64,000 bases of DNA from Stegostoma tigrinum (taxonomy: Eukaryota): assembly GCF_030684315.1 (NCBI RefSeq), contig NC_081363.1, positions 39,974,200 through 40,038,199 on the forward strand, written 5' to 3'. Position numbers and translations under genes: made by a program. Positions 51,501 through 64,000 of the stretch are shown here, piece by piece. The notes under the pieces are model-generated. The model made no database searches, was not told the DNA's origin, and saw nothing but the letters and a program-made list of their open reading frames with translations. Position 1 is the stretch's first letter, and every line of letters starts with the position of its first letter.

Positions 51501-54500
51501 AGACTTATGAATTGTTATAAAAATTTCTTATTTAGAAAAATAAATCTGCCAACCTTCTGTAGCTTGGCCAATCTGGCAGCCTTGTATCTAATTTCTCGAA
51601 GTACTTTCAATATTGCATCTCACTTTATAAGCTTTACTTTTCTACACTTGCTGTTTCTGCGCACATTGGGTCACCACCACTTGTCGATCCTTCAGTTATT
51701 GTGGCCTGCAATCCAGAAATGCTGCCTGGAAACACCTCTAACCTTGCTGTCAGCTTTTGCTAACAGAAGCAACTAGTCCAGTGTCTATACCCCCTCAACC
51801 GTATCTGTTGTTTAAGGCTTGCTTGTATTCTTTCTATGCTGTCTGTCATGATCCTCTTACTGTTTAGTGGCACAGTGACAATGTCGCTGAGCTTGTAATC
51901 TAAAATTCCAGGCTAATGTTCTGGGAACTCAGGACCATTACAAATAAGAATGCAAGCAGGCCATTTGGCCCCTTGAGCCCACTCTGCCATTCAATAGGCT
52001 CATGGCTGATCCAATATTCTGCACATCCACTTTCCTGCTGTTTTTTCCTGTTTAATCAAATCTATATACCGTGATCTTTAAATGTACACCAGGATTCCAC
52101 CTCCACAGCTGTCTGTGGCAGCGAGTTTCCAAAGGCGCACTGCATGTATGCGTATGCACACATCCTCCTAGAATTGCCCAAGTGGAGGAATAATATAACA
52201 GCATTTACCCTTTCAGCTTTTTTCTCGTTTTGTGGAAGCACACTGGATACCTAATGAGATCTGTTACCTCTAAATCCAATGAGCAGAGTTCCAATCTTTC
52301 AAACTTCTCATAAGGCAGTCTCTGCATATTTAGGGTCAGCCTTCTCCCAACTGCTTCAGCACCTTGTGCAGTTGCAAGACTCTCCATAACGCACTTGTGA
52401 ACCTCTGGCCTACTGTCGTAGTACAATACCACCACCACCCGCGCCCCCCCCCCCCCCCCCTGAAATGAGGCCAACATTCCACTAGCTGATTTGATGACTT
52501 GCTGCATCTGTACGCTAACTTTTTGTTTAGTGTGTTGCTTTGACACATCACTTCTTTAGTGATGGTATTTAATTCCTCTATATTCTTTAGAATTAATGGG
52601 ATGTTTGAAGTATCTTTGTAAGGTCTGACATCAAATATCTATCTAACTCCCACACCATTTCCTTATTCCCCATGACTGTCTCCCAGGTTCATTTTCCAAC
52701 GGGGCTTACCTAATTAGTGTTTGCTCTACTGTAGTAATGAGAAATCAATATCAAATTTGTTCCTTTTAACATTATTTTGAATAGTCATGATGGTTTTTCA
52801 AAATTTTTTAAACTTGCTCTATTGCCTGTACTATTTCTTTCTGGCATAACAGTATTCCACAGTACATAAGGAAACCATTGGATGGCCCTGGCTGTCCATA
52901 AGCTACATTTAAAAGCCCCAGAGGAGTTCCATTCACTATCACTTTGGCTTTTTTGGGGGTGGAGTGTGCATGGAAATATCTGCTCCCCTGTTAGAAATTA
53001 CAATACTGTTTTGATCACTGGCAGAAGGTGCTGTTTCTTAAGTGTTTAATGTAATGGAATACCAAAGTGGTTACAGTGTAAAAGTACTTCATTGACTGTA
53101 AAGTGCTTTGGGTAACAGATCTTTTCAAAAGTACTGTAACTGCCAGTCTGTTGTGATGGATATTTTAAATTTATTTGCCTGTTACTGTTAAATATTTCTC
53201 ACTAGAAAGATTTATCACTGATAAACATCTGGAATAAAGCACTCATTCAGCAATAAATCCTACTTTATGAACTTTGAATTGTTTATTTAAAATCAGGGTT
53301 TTTTGTTCTTGGCTGGCTTGGAATTAATGTAATGGATAATTGATCTCTACTGATAGAAAAGGTCTCCAGCCCTGGTTCTGCATAGTGTTGGTTAACTTCT
53401 TTTTCATTTGGATTGATAGTTGATTATTGGGTTTGAAAAGGTACAATAGGCCAGAGGTTTGGATGTAGAAATTTTGTGGATGTAATGGGGTAGAAACATA
53501 ATGTATCTTATTCATGTGTTTCAATGCCTTGGATACTGTGATACATAATATGTAAGTGACTATGGAAGAATATACAAGAATTTAAATGATTTAATGGTTA
53601 TTGTATTTAATTTCCTTCCATAATGAATTGATATATGCTAATATACTAACTGCAGCAGTCTCTTCTGAATGGTCTTCCTAGGATAAGTATTGGACTCCAT
53701 GATTTATAAAATATTTAATGCTTCTAAGAGCATAGCAGATTCCATCAGAGCTAAAATCCTCCTGTTTCTCTCTCTGTACCAATGCTGCCAGCCCTGTTCT
53801 CCAGCATTCTCCTACAAATTCAGTAGGACTCTGTCACCCTCGCCCAAGATTTTAGGATGAAATATTTCTAAACCTAATAGAATTGAAATTGGTAATGTGT
53901 AGGAGCAACTCTTTTAGATTTAGCAAAGAGACAAGAGAACACCTCTCAATTGCAAGACTTCATTTTGATTGCTACTTTGTTCTGCAATGTTCTAACCTAA
54001 AAACAACCAGTATGTTGCAAAGCTTTGAAATAACTTCAGTAAACGTGTTTCCTCATTTTTTGGCATTTACTTCCCACAACCACTTTTCATATGTCACTTT
54101 AATTATTTGATCCAGTTGCAAACCTTAAATGTAACTGCACACCTTATTGGCTATGTTTTTGTCCAAGTGTATAAGTAGTTGCATTTATTTTTCATATCTT
54201 TAGCTGGGGTAAACTTTTTCTGACACTCAACACAACTTTGTACTAGTCTCAATATGCTGTTTTAATTGATCACGTCCTCACTGTAGCTATTAAGAAATAC
54301 CCAAGTGTCACAAAGCTAAGAATTAGTCTAGGAGCTTGTGTTCAATTTTTAATCTATCTTAAATTTTAAGAACTTGACCAGGACTAAAATCTGTCATTTG
54401 CAATGTACTTTAAAACAATAATTGAAGTTATTACTGACTTCTGTATTCTTTGGTTCCTAACTCTTTGGTACATGATTCAGATATTGGATTTAAAAATCTA

Positions 54501-54583
54501 GTTTTAATTCATTACCTCTTATTCTGTAGGTTGCAATAAAAATTATTGACAAAACACAGCTGAATCCCACCAGTCTGCAAAAG
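45471..54583 (+). CDS. MARK3: MAP/microtubule affinity-regulating kinase 3, 5' part (exons 1-3; gene continues beyond the window)
   Basis: Exons 45471-45521, 50489-50683 and 54530-54583 join to [27 protein letters not shown]...[52 protein letters not shown]; N-terminus and EIF5 synteny point to MARK3. Confidence 0.95.
47252..47453. mobile_element. Palindromic mini-element (family C) inside a SINE
   Basis: Inverted arms CAGAAGTTGCTGGAAAAGCT and AGCTTTTCCAGCAACTTCTG; 11-bp TSD TAATCCAGAGG at 47241-47251 and 47454-47464; GAAACGTT core remnant. Confidence 0.8.
47580..48680 (-). mobile_element. Penelope-like element (RT C-terminus/linker, GIY-YIG, pLTR), degenerate, antisense in MARK3 intron 1
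   Basis: ...[14 protein letters not shown]...[36 protein letters not shown]; same family as 1321-2075; hammerhead core mutated (GAAA>AAAA). Confidence 0.9.
49361..49551. mobile_element. Palindromic PLE mini-element (family A), MARK3 intron 1
   Basis: Inverted arms; hammerhead remnant on the minus strand. Confidence 0.8.
50489..50683 (+). CDS. MARK3: MARK3 coding exon 2 (kinase Gly-rich loop)
   Basis: [65 protein letters not shown]; AG/GT boundaries. Confidence 0.97.
54530..54583 (+). CDS. MARK3: MARK3 coding exon 3 (VAIK lysine)
   Basis: ttctgtAG acceptor; [18 protein letters not shown]; donor GTAAGG. Confidence 0.96.
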
Positions 54584-55799
54584 GTAAGGACTGTGTATCT
54601 TGTTTTGAGTGCATGTTTTCTTTGAATTCCTTTAAGTTTTTAATGCTTCATTAACCTAACATGACTGGAATCTGAATATAGCTGAAGCTACATAAACGAG
54701 CCTTCATTAAGTATTAGCAGGCCAGTTTGCATTCTTTTTTTTGAAAGAACCTAATTAGCCTGATGTCCCTGATTTATTAAGTACAAGGTTTAAAAGCAGA
54801 TGTGCTTTGCAGGAAAAATGATATTTGAAAAGTGTGGTAGTATAAAGTATTTTTGTGTTATTGTCTGTGACGGGTGATATAAGTTTTTGTTCAAATGGCA
54901 TGTAAGTATTGCCAGCAACACAAGCTATTGTCCACACATAATTGCTCTTTAAGATGGTGACTCCTCACCTTGAATCATTGCAGTTCAATTGACAGATGTA
55001 TGCTCAGTGCTGTTAGGAAGGTAGTTTGTCTTTTTAATCAGGGTGAAGCAGCAATCTACTTCCGAGTAGGCAGTAGAGTGTGGGAGCCACATGTGGATGG
55101 ACAGATAGTCAGATCAGTGTGTATTTATATGTGCAAATCACTTGTAGAGTTTGGACTTTTGAAGTACTGGCATGTGCATTTTGCTGAGTGTTTAATGATT
55201 GACTAGTCTGTATTTCTGAAGCACTTTTTAAATGCCTGTATTAGAGAATCATCCTGATTGATCATGGAAACCTTTTTGCATTGAGTTTTGATTGGATAGT
55301 TAAAACTTTTATTTACTATGAGGTGGGGTATAGCTTGAGTCTCGTTTCAGTTTGCAGAAGTCCCAGTAAGATTTGATGTGAAGACAGTCTCCTCCTGAAT
55401 GGTTCTAAATTGTCTCCTCCAGTGAGTGTTACCTCAACATAATTTTAGATTTCTAAATTCCAGAATAGAAGTGTTTGGTTAAACTTTGAAGGGGTTATTT
55501 AAAGCTGGGAAAGCATAATTTTGGGTGAGTAATCAATGAAAAGTCAATCAAGCTCTCAGCAATTTGAAGTAACTGTTAAGCCATGACTATAGACAAGAGA
55601 GAATTTTTCTAGTGTTTGAGGTGACAGGGTTGGGATAGACAGTATTTTACATTGTCTCAGTCTATCAAACTGAACACTGTGTAAATTTGCTCTCTAGTCT
55701 ACTTGAATTTATTTTATGTAATAAACTTATTTAAAATCAGATCCACAACATTGCATGTTTGTTTCTGTGAAAGGCCACTTCTTTTAAACAATGTATCCA

Positions 55800-57110
55800 A
55801 TCGAATTTCAGCTCTAAGTTCTGAATTGTTCAATTTAACATCCAGTAGGGGTCATAAAAGCAAGTTGGATGGATGGGAGCTTGTATGATGAAGTCTGCTT
55901 GGATTTTCAACACTTATTTGCTAAGTACCAGGTCAAACATTTCTACCCCAGAAAAGAGCACATGGTGGAAGGGGTAGCATATTAACATGGATTAAAGATT
56001 GGTTAATTAACAGTATGTGATAACTTTGCTCTCAAAAGGCCACTTAGTATCTTTTGGAATGCTACAAGAATCTGTTAGATCCTCAACTATTTAGAACTTA
56101 CATCAATGACTTGGGTGAAGTGACTGAGCATTAAATCTTGCTGATCCCAAGATAAATGGGGAAAGTAAGTTGTCTAGAGCAGGTAAAGGTTCTGAAGTGG
56201 TGTACACGTTTGGCTGCATACAAAGACATGGTAAAGTTGCCATAGTCCTACTGGATCATAGGGCTGCTGTCCCATTAGAAAGGACTGGTGGTGGTTTAAC
56301 CTAAAGTGCAAGAGGTTGAGGAGGAGAGTCCTTTATGGTAACTTTAGCTTGTGCAGGAATTGAACCTACACTGTCAGCATTGCTTTGTCTCAAACTAGAC
56401 ATCCAGCCAAACTGAGTGAAGCATGGCCCATGGACTACAATTTTGGAACTTGTGAACTTTTCAATTTTGATTGAAAAATTGGAGAGATGAGAGCTATGAT
56501 ACAGACTGATCTGGGGAGTCTTACATGCATCACTGTGTACTTACCCCCTTATATGGGGAAAGTTAAATTTTGACACCCATTGCAAAGAAATGGAATCTTA
56601 AAGTAGGGATGTTTTGCTGCTGTGCAGAGCCTTGGAGTCCACATCTGTGTAGTTTTGGCCTCTTTGGAAGAAGATATAATTTCACTCAGCAGTAAGGTTT
56701 ATTTGCTTAATTTCTGTAATGAAAGACTTGGCTTTTGAATGAAGGTGGGGTAATTGGGTCTATACCAATTGCAGTCAAGAAGAATAAAGTGTGACTTCTA
56801 TTGAAAGATCACCCTAGGTGGATATTAGGAGAATGCTTCCTCTTTGTGGGTGGTGTGGGAACAAGGCAGGGAAAAGTGTGAAAATAAGAGGTGTCCTTTT
56901 TAGGAATAACAGTTTCATTTGAGTCATTTTGTTTCTGGAAATTTTTGCCAGAAAGCATTGGATGCTGCGTCAGTGAATTATTTAAAGACTGACTTAGATT
57001 ATTACATGGGAACTAAGAATTATGGGGCACAATAGGAAACTGAGTTGTCCACAGATCACATCGAGCTTGTGCTGCCATTTTGAGAGCCAGATGACATGTT
57101 CCTGCTCCTA
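55800..57110 (+). mobile_element. Old CR1 RT fragment (interrupted by a SINE remnant ~56230-56420)
   Basis: Collinear degenerate similarity to the 42-43 kb region. Confidence 0.6.
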
Positions 57111-58689
57111 ACAAAAAAGATGGCTGGAAAAAACTCAACAGGTGTGGCAGTGTACGTGGACAAATCAGTCATTGTTCTGGTTTGAGTGGCCCTTCCTTGG
57201 AACAAGTCCTAACACCTATGTTCCCATGACAGGAAGGCTACGTGCAGGTGATTGGTATTCTTGTGTATCTACTGCCCTTGCCTTTTCTGTATAGTAGAGG
57301 CATTGGTTTGTAAGGCGCTGTTGGAGGAGAATTAGTTGCTGCAACCACCATGTATTGGCAATGGTGGCAGGGGGGAGCTTGTGGTGGTGCAGTATCCATG
57401 AAGTGTGTTGCTCTGTCCTGAGTGGTATCAAGCTTCATATTATTTCAGAGCTGCAGTCTCCTGCTGAAGGGGAGAATATTCAGTCACCCCTTCCTGTCTT
57501 GTAGTTTTTGTTTTTTTGCAGTCACTTGCTCTTGTATTTTGTAGTCACTGTATTTGAATAGCAGGTCCAGCCCAGCTAAGTTTGTGGTCCACTAAATAGC
57601 CCATGTTTTAGCTGCCACCATTTTTAGTTTTAAAGTTGATTGGAAGTTTAGATTCTGGTGTTTGAAATAAGTGCTGGACAGCAACTGTGGCATTAATGTT
57701 TTTCTTCAGCCTAACTGACCAAGCCATGAATGTACCCCAGTTTTGCTGCATACTGTCTCAAATGGCTTCAGTATTTAAGGAGTTGCAATTGGGATTAAAC
57801 AGTGTAATCATCAGCTATTGTTTCACAAACTTTATGATGGAGGAAGGTCATTGAAGGACCTAAAACTGGGCCTTGGATGTTACTTCTAAGGACCTAGGGA
57901 ACTTGTGCCAGTGGTATTGCCCCCACCTCTGAAACAGGAGGCCTGATCTCCAGTCTCCCTGTTCCATACCCTGTAATTACCTATTTTGTGTGTTTGATTG
58001 GACTGAGTTCTAAGTATAATGGCCTGGATTCATTCCACCTGTTCAGTAGGCATGTAATTACACTTCTGAGCAGATTCTCTTAGAAAAGATCTAGGGTCAA
58101 TGTGGTATGATGGTAGTTGAGATGATTGGTTGTCAGGCATAAATATTTTCAGTTGTATGTTATAATACTCTGGTCTCTGAAAATCAGGAGGTAGTCACGC
58201 TCTCCCCTTGAATTCAGCTGTATAATCCCAAGTTTGGTTGAAGGTTGTAATGAGGCTGGTACAGAATGACCCCCCCGTCCCCTGCCCCTGCCATGGAACT
58301 CAAACTGAACACTTGAGTACTGTCATTGTCTTTCACGAATTTCCTGATGAGTAGACTCCATGATATTGGTGGATTGTCCTGCCTGAAAAGCTGATGACTT
58401 CATATCTGGGAACTTTTCTGCATGGCATTTGCCAGTGGTATAGCTACAGAAGAACAATCTGGGTAGATTTCAGTACAGCAACTGAGACATTGGATACAGC
58501 ATAGATTATGGACCATGCCATTGTGCAACTGTTCCTTGATGTCCCAGAGAAAATTGAATTTGCATAAGTAGCAGCTGTGATGCCTGGGTTCTAAAGAGGA
58601 GGCCAAAATGCATCATCCACTCAGCAGCCCTGGCTGAAGATGGATATGGATGCATTAGCCTTGACTTTTTTAAACATTTGACTTTAATG

Positions 58690-61100
58690 TTCCAGGGTAT
58701 AGATCCACTAGGAAGGATCAAGAGGAGGGAGAGTAGCATTTTTGATTAGGATAACATTAGAGCTCCCTTTTTAGGGAAGATATTTCTGGGGATATTTTGA
58801 AGTTATCTGGAACTGACTGTACTAGAGGCCCCACCTCCTAATAGTCAGTGGGAAATTGAGAATCAAATTTGTAAGGAGATCTTCTATCTTTAAGAATAAT
58901 AGGGGGATTTTGGCATTCCCAGTGTGTTTGGAAAGTTAGTGTTAAGGGTTTAGATGAGAGGAATTTGTGTATACAAAAAAATTGATTCACTGTGGATGTC
59001 CCTATTAGGTGCAAAACTTTCCCTACCCTTGAAGTAAGGCAGGGCAGGTAACTCGTGTCAGTGGAGGAGCAGTCTGGGGGCTAGTGACCATAATTCAATT
59101 AGTTTTAAAGTGCCTAGTGTTAAAGCTCTAAATTGAGGAAGGTCATTTTTAAACAGTATTTAACAAAACTTGCTAAAGTTGGGGACTGGATGTTTGCAGG
59201 CCAGGGGATGGCTAGAAAATGGGAAGCCTTCAAAAATGAAGAGTTAAGAGACAGTATGGTCCTATTTAGTGAAGGGTAAGGCTGATAGGTGTAGAGAATG
59301 TTGGGTGATTTGAAGTTTGTCAACAATAAGAAAGCAATATTAAGTATAGATGACAGATCGAATGATTCTTAGAGTATAAAAGCAGTAGGTGGAAACTTGA
59401 AGGAAATTGGGAACACAAAGGACAATAGCTTTGGCAAATAGGGTTAAGAAGAATCCAAAGGGATTCTGCAATATATTTAAGGACAAAAGGATAATTGGGG
59501 AGAATAGGGTCCCTTAAAGATCAGCAAGGCTACTTACCTGTGGAACCACAGAAGGTGGGGGAGATGGTAAATTAATAATTTGCATCTGTTTACTGTGATA
59601 AAGGATATGAAAGATGGAAAATGAAATAGCATCCTCCTTGAAGTCTCCATATTACAAAGGTGGTGATGCTGGATGTCTTAATGCATAAAGGTGGATAGAT
59701 GCCCAGGACTTGGTCAGGTGTACCCTAGAACTTGAGAAAGTACAAGTGATTGGGCCCTTAGACATTTGTATCATCAGTAGCCACCAGCAAGGTACTGGAA
59801 GACTAGAAGCTGGCTAACATTATGCCATTACTTAAGGAAGGTTGTAAGGGAAAGCCAGGGAACTATAAAGCAGTGAGACTGACAAGTGGTGGGCACGTTG
59901 TCACAGGGAATCATGAAGGAAAGATTTTCATGTACTTGGACCAGCAAGGACTGAGATAATCAACTCTAAGTGGGAAATTCTTGGTTTTTTGAGGTAGCAG
60001 AGGATTGAAGGCAGAGCAGCAAATCACCTTTATGTCCTTCAGTAAGGTGTTCAACAAAGTTCCTCCATGGTAGACTGTTTAGCAAGGATAGCTCACATGA
60101 AATAGAGGGAGAACTAGCATTTGGATACAGACCTGGCTCAAAAGTAGAAGGCAGGGGTAGTGGTGGTGGGTTGCTTTCAGACTGGTGGCCTATGACCAGT
60201 AGTGTGCCACAAGGATTGATGCTGGGTCTGCTGCTTTTTGTAATTTGTATAAAATTTTTTGATATTATCATAGGTATGTTTAAGTTTGCAGATGACACCA
60301 ACATTGAAGGTGTAGTAGACAATGAAAGTTACCTTGATACAACAGGATCTCAATTGGGTGAGTCAGTAGATCAGAGTGGCAGATGGGAGTTTAATTTGGA
60401 TAATTGAGGTGCTGCATTTTGGAAAGGCACATTGGGCAGTGCTTGTAAGCAGTATGATCCTGGGGAACATTGCTGAGCAGATTCATAGTTTCTTGAAAGT
60501 GGATTTGCAGGTGGATAGGATAATGAAGGCATCTGGTACACCTGCCTTTATTGGTCAGTGCATTGGGCATAGGAGTTGGGAGGTCATGTGGCTGTATGGG
60601 GCATTGGTTAGGCCACTATTGGAATAGCACATGTAATTTTGGTCTCCCTGCCATAGGAAGGATGTTAAGATTTACAAGGATGTTGCCAGGGTTTGAGCTG
60701 TAGGAAGAGACTGAGTAGATCAGGGCTATTTTCCTTGGGGCATCAGAGGCTAAGGTGACCTTTCATAGAGGTTTAGGGGCATGGATAGGGTAAACAGACA
60801 AGGACTTTCCCTGGGTGGGGAGTGCAAACCTAGAGGGCATGGGTCTAAGGTGAGGGCAAGATTTAAAAGGGATCAAAGTGGCAACACTTTCCATGCAAAA
60901 GGTGGTGCCTGTATGAAATGAGCTGCCAGAAGAAATGGAGGCTGGTACGATAACAAAATCTAAAAGGCATCTGGATGGGTATATGAATAGGAAGGGTTGA
61001 GAGATATGGGCCAAATGCTGGCAAATGGACTAGATTTATTAGGGATATCTCCTTGATAGGGATGAGTTGGACTGAAGGGCCTGTTTCCATGCTGTGTATC
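58690..61100 (+). mobile_element. Degenerate CR1 LINE (ORF2 plus 3' tail), MARK3 intron 3
   Basis: SSVPQGLMLGLLLF...KFADDT; LYGALVRPLLE; tail GAAGGGCCTGTTTCC. Confidence 0.85.
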
Positions 61101-62987
61101 TGACATGCTGGTCTTAACAGTGTACAGCTTTCTACAGTTTTAGTTGTTCACTGGCATTTGTGACAAGATATGACAGCTATGCTGAGCTTTGATCTGGTCT
61201 GTTGTCTGCAGGATTGCTTGACTTCGTCGCGTACTGCTGTCCATATCTGGCATGTGTAGTTGTCTTATTGGGGTACCAAATTCAGGCACACCGTTTGCAA
61301 CTCTGGACCAAGATTACTGTGCAGTATAGGTCATCTTTTAAGGTAGGATGTAAATTCTGTAATAGCAGCTCAAGATTTCACACACTAATACCTCAAATGT
61401 GTGGGTTGCCATCAGGAAAAGTTGGATGAACTAGGTTTATATCTAGTGGGTTAGAGTAAGAGATGACTTGTTTTGAAACACAATCCTGAGGAAGCTGCTT
61501 AAATATGGTGAGGATGCTTGCTGTTCTGGGATTTGCTGTTAAGAATAGGTGCTCTGCTCTTAACATAGAGATGAGGCAGATTTTTTTGAGTCTGTGGAGC
61601 AGTCTGTCTGAAAAGTTGGCAGCATAGCCTTGATCATTCAAGTCAGAAGTAGGTGAGGAATTAAGTTACTGGTCTAGGTGGAAATGTGATTTGACACGAT
61701 GGTCAGGTCAAAAGAATTTGTGAACTCAAGCGTGTGTGATTTAAGCATGTAAGTTAGAACTTGTGTACTCTTAAGCTGGCACAAAGAAATGCAAGGACTT
61801 CCTAGCCAAGCTAGGACTAGTTTAGCTAATTGTATTTTGATCTAGTACAGAAGGAGACCATTCTTTTGGAGAACTGTCTAATTCCACTCTTGTTTTGTTC
61901 TTTCGCCCTAAACTGTTTATCCTTTTTTCACTTTTCAAAGTTGGTAGTGAATCTTAAGTTAGCAGGTCTTGGTCACTTCTCGGCCATTTTTGAGCAAAAA
62001 AGTTCAATTTGCTCTGATTCCTTTGCAAGTTATCTAAAATCATTGTAACCTGATTACTGACATGAGACAGATGAGATGATGCTTCTAATCAAAACACTTC
62101 ATGAATTTGAATTTATTAATCTCTTGTCTGAATTCCTTCATGTATGATATCATTATGGTCACTTTTGTCAATGCTTTTTAACACCTGAAATGTTATTTGA
62201 AGTGTGGTGTCCAAAATTGAACATTACCTCACTTGTGGTCTAACCTGTGTTTGTTCCTTTCAGCAAAACCACTGCCTTAGCGTTCTCTTATTTCTCTCAA
62301 TTAAAGTCATGTATACATTTTTCAACGACTGACATAATTGTCCTGTCAGGTCTGTGTCCTGCATATCTTAAAATTGTAACTGTTTATTTAGATTTAAATG
62401 GGTTATTCTTTATGACCAAAATGTATCCTGTCACACTTGTGACAGATGAAATATAACACTTTATCTGAGGTCTTAAGTCTCCTGCTACTCCATTGTTTAA
62501 TATTTTGCCTAATGTCATCTCCCCACTTTGCAGATAGGATATAATTTCACATCCATCTGAAGAGATTTGAAAAGAAAAGCAAAACACTTGCATGCTGTGT
62601 TTCTGACAGGAAGACTTGAAGCTTTCCACTTTTTCAAGTTTTAAATAGCTCTGCTGTTTTAAAAAGTTGTGTGCACACATGTAGTGTTTGGCTTTTACTG
62701 AACTAACAGACCCAATGAGGCCATAATTGGGAAGATTACAAGTCTGTAAATTGCTGTTTTGGTTTCTAACTTCTTTGGTTAAACATAATTTTCATTGGAA
62801 ATCTTCTAATGGGTAGATGAAATGGCACAATGAGCTGATGGAATTGGTTAAGTGTGGTGAAGTTTTGGGGGCAAAAATTTTATAATTCAAAAGCTATGCT
62901 TTGTGCTAAAAATGAATTGTCAATAGATTTGAGTGGAAACCTCTCAAACTGAAGTGAATGAATAATTTTAGCATTGATTTTGGGACA

Positions 62988-63259
62988 TTAGATTCCCTAC
63001 AGTGTGGAAACAGGCCCTTTGGCCTAACAAGTCCACAGCACCCCTTGAAGCATCCCCCTATAACCCACAGACCCCTGAATACTACGGGTAATTTGGCACG
63101 ACCAATCCACCTAGCCTGCACATCTTTGGACTGTGGGAGGAAACCCATGCAGACACAGGGAGAAGGTGCAAACTCGACACAGTCGCCTGAGGCTGGATTC
63201 TAACCTGGGTCCCTGGTGCAGTGAAGCTGCAGTGCTAACCACTGAGCCACTGCTGCCCC
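62988..63259 (-). mobile_element. HE1-like V-SINE
   Basis: Reverse complement of the 30320-30604 family. Confidence 0.88.
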
Positions 63260-64000
63260 TGATGAAGTTAATGACTATACACTTTCAGAATTTTTTCCTT
63301 TAATGCAATGGAAATGCTACTACACAGACCTAGAAGAAAGGTCAATTATGTTGCTATGAAACTTTAATCTGAAGCAATGATTTTTTTTTAACGGAACAAG
63401 TTTGTTAGGAAGCTAGTTTCTTCACACCAACTGTAGCTGGTAGATTGAGGAACCAATTCTCAACATTGACATAATTGAGCACAAACCTACTTTTTTTAAC
63501 TTTGAAGTTCAAAATTCATTCACTATGAAGAAGTGGAAAGGCATCTCCACAGATTGCCATCTATATTCCTAGACCTGCTTATGAAAGGCCAGCATTCTGT
63601 ATTTGTCTCAAATTTGAGACTAAAAGATTTAAATCTAGTATAACATAGTACTGTTTGACTGCAGTTATCTTTGCAGAAATACCAAGATGATCAATAGAAT
63701 GTGACTAGGGAGGCAACATGTTCCTGGAACTTTGGAGCCAGTTGTAGTGTGCTACGAACTTGTATGTGTCTTAGTTGCATCTAAATGAGGCTGGGACCAA
63801 TAATATCAGTCTGACCAATGTTTTGAACACTAGTATAAACCATGTGCTGCCCTTTCTATTGCAGAGTAGGTGAGAATACCAGAAAAGAATGTGAACTGGG
63901 TGAATGGCAAAAAAAATCAAAGCCAACTGATTTGTCAAAATGTATTTTAAATAAAGCCTTGCATTTTTATTTATAGCACCTTTTTCAACTAGTGTTTAAA

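Noticed and set aside
54600-64000. MARK3 exon 4 (LFREVRIMK...)
   Set aside because: Not found by eye; presumably beyond the window end

Overview
Vertebrate genomic DNA, almost certainly a shark (inferred from HE1/V-SINEs, DeuSINE remnants, CR1 LINEs and Penelope-like elements), not a prokaryotic window. It holds the complete EIF5 gene (+ strand; CpG-island promoter ~15.7-16.0 kb, 10 coding exons 17335-23425, 425 aa) and the first three coding exons of MARK3 (+ strand; 45471-54583, continuing past the window end), the same order as on human 14q32. The EIF5 leader has three AUGs in very poor context. Two of them open one spliced 97-aa uORF that overlaps the main start, which is the eIF5 autoregulatory circuit. 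The rest is nested retroelements. The most striking signal is a population of Penelope-like elements and 90-250 bp mini-elements from at least four families. They carry minimal type-I hammerhead ribozyme cores, have 9-16 bp target-site duplications (TSDs), and often form fold-back palindromes, sometimes with one ribozyme per strand. All calls were made by eye; repeat boundaries are approximate.
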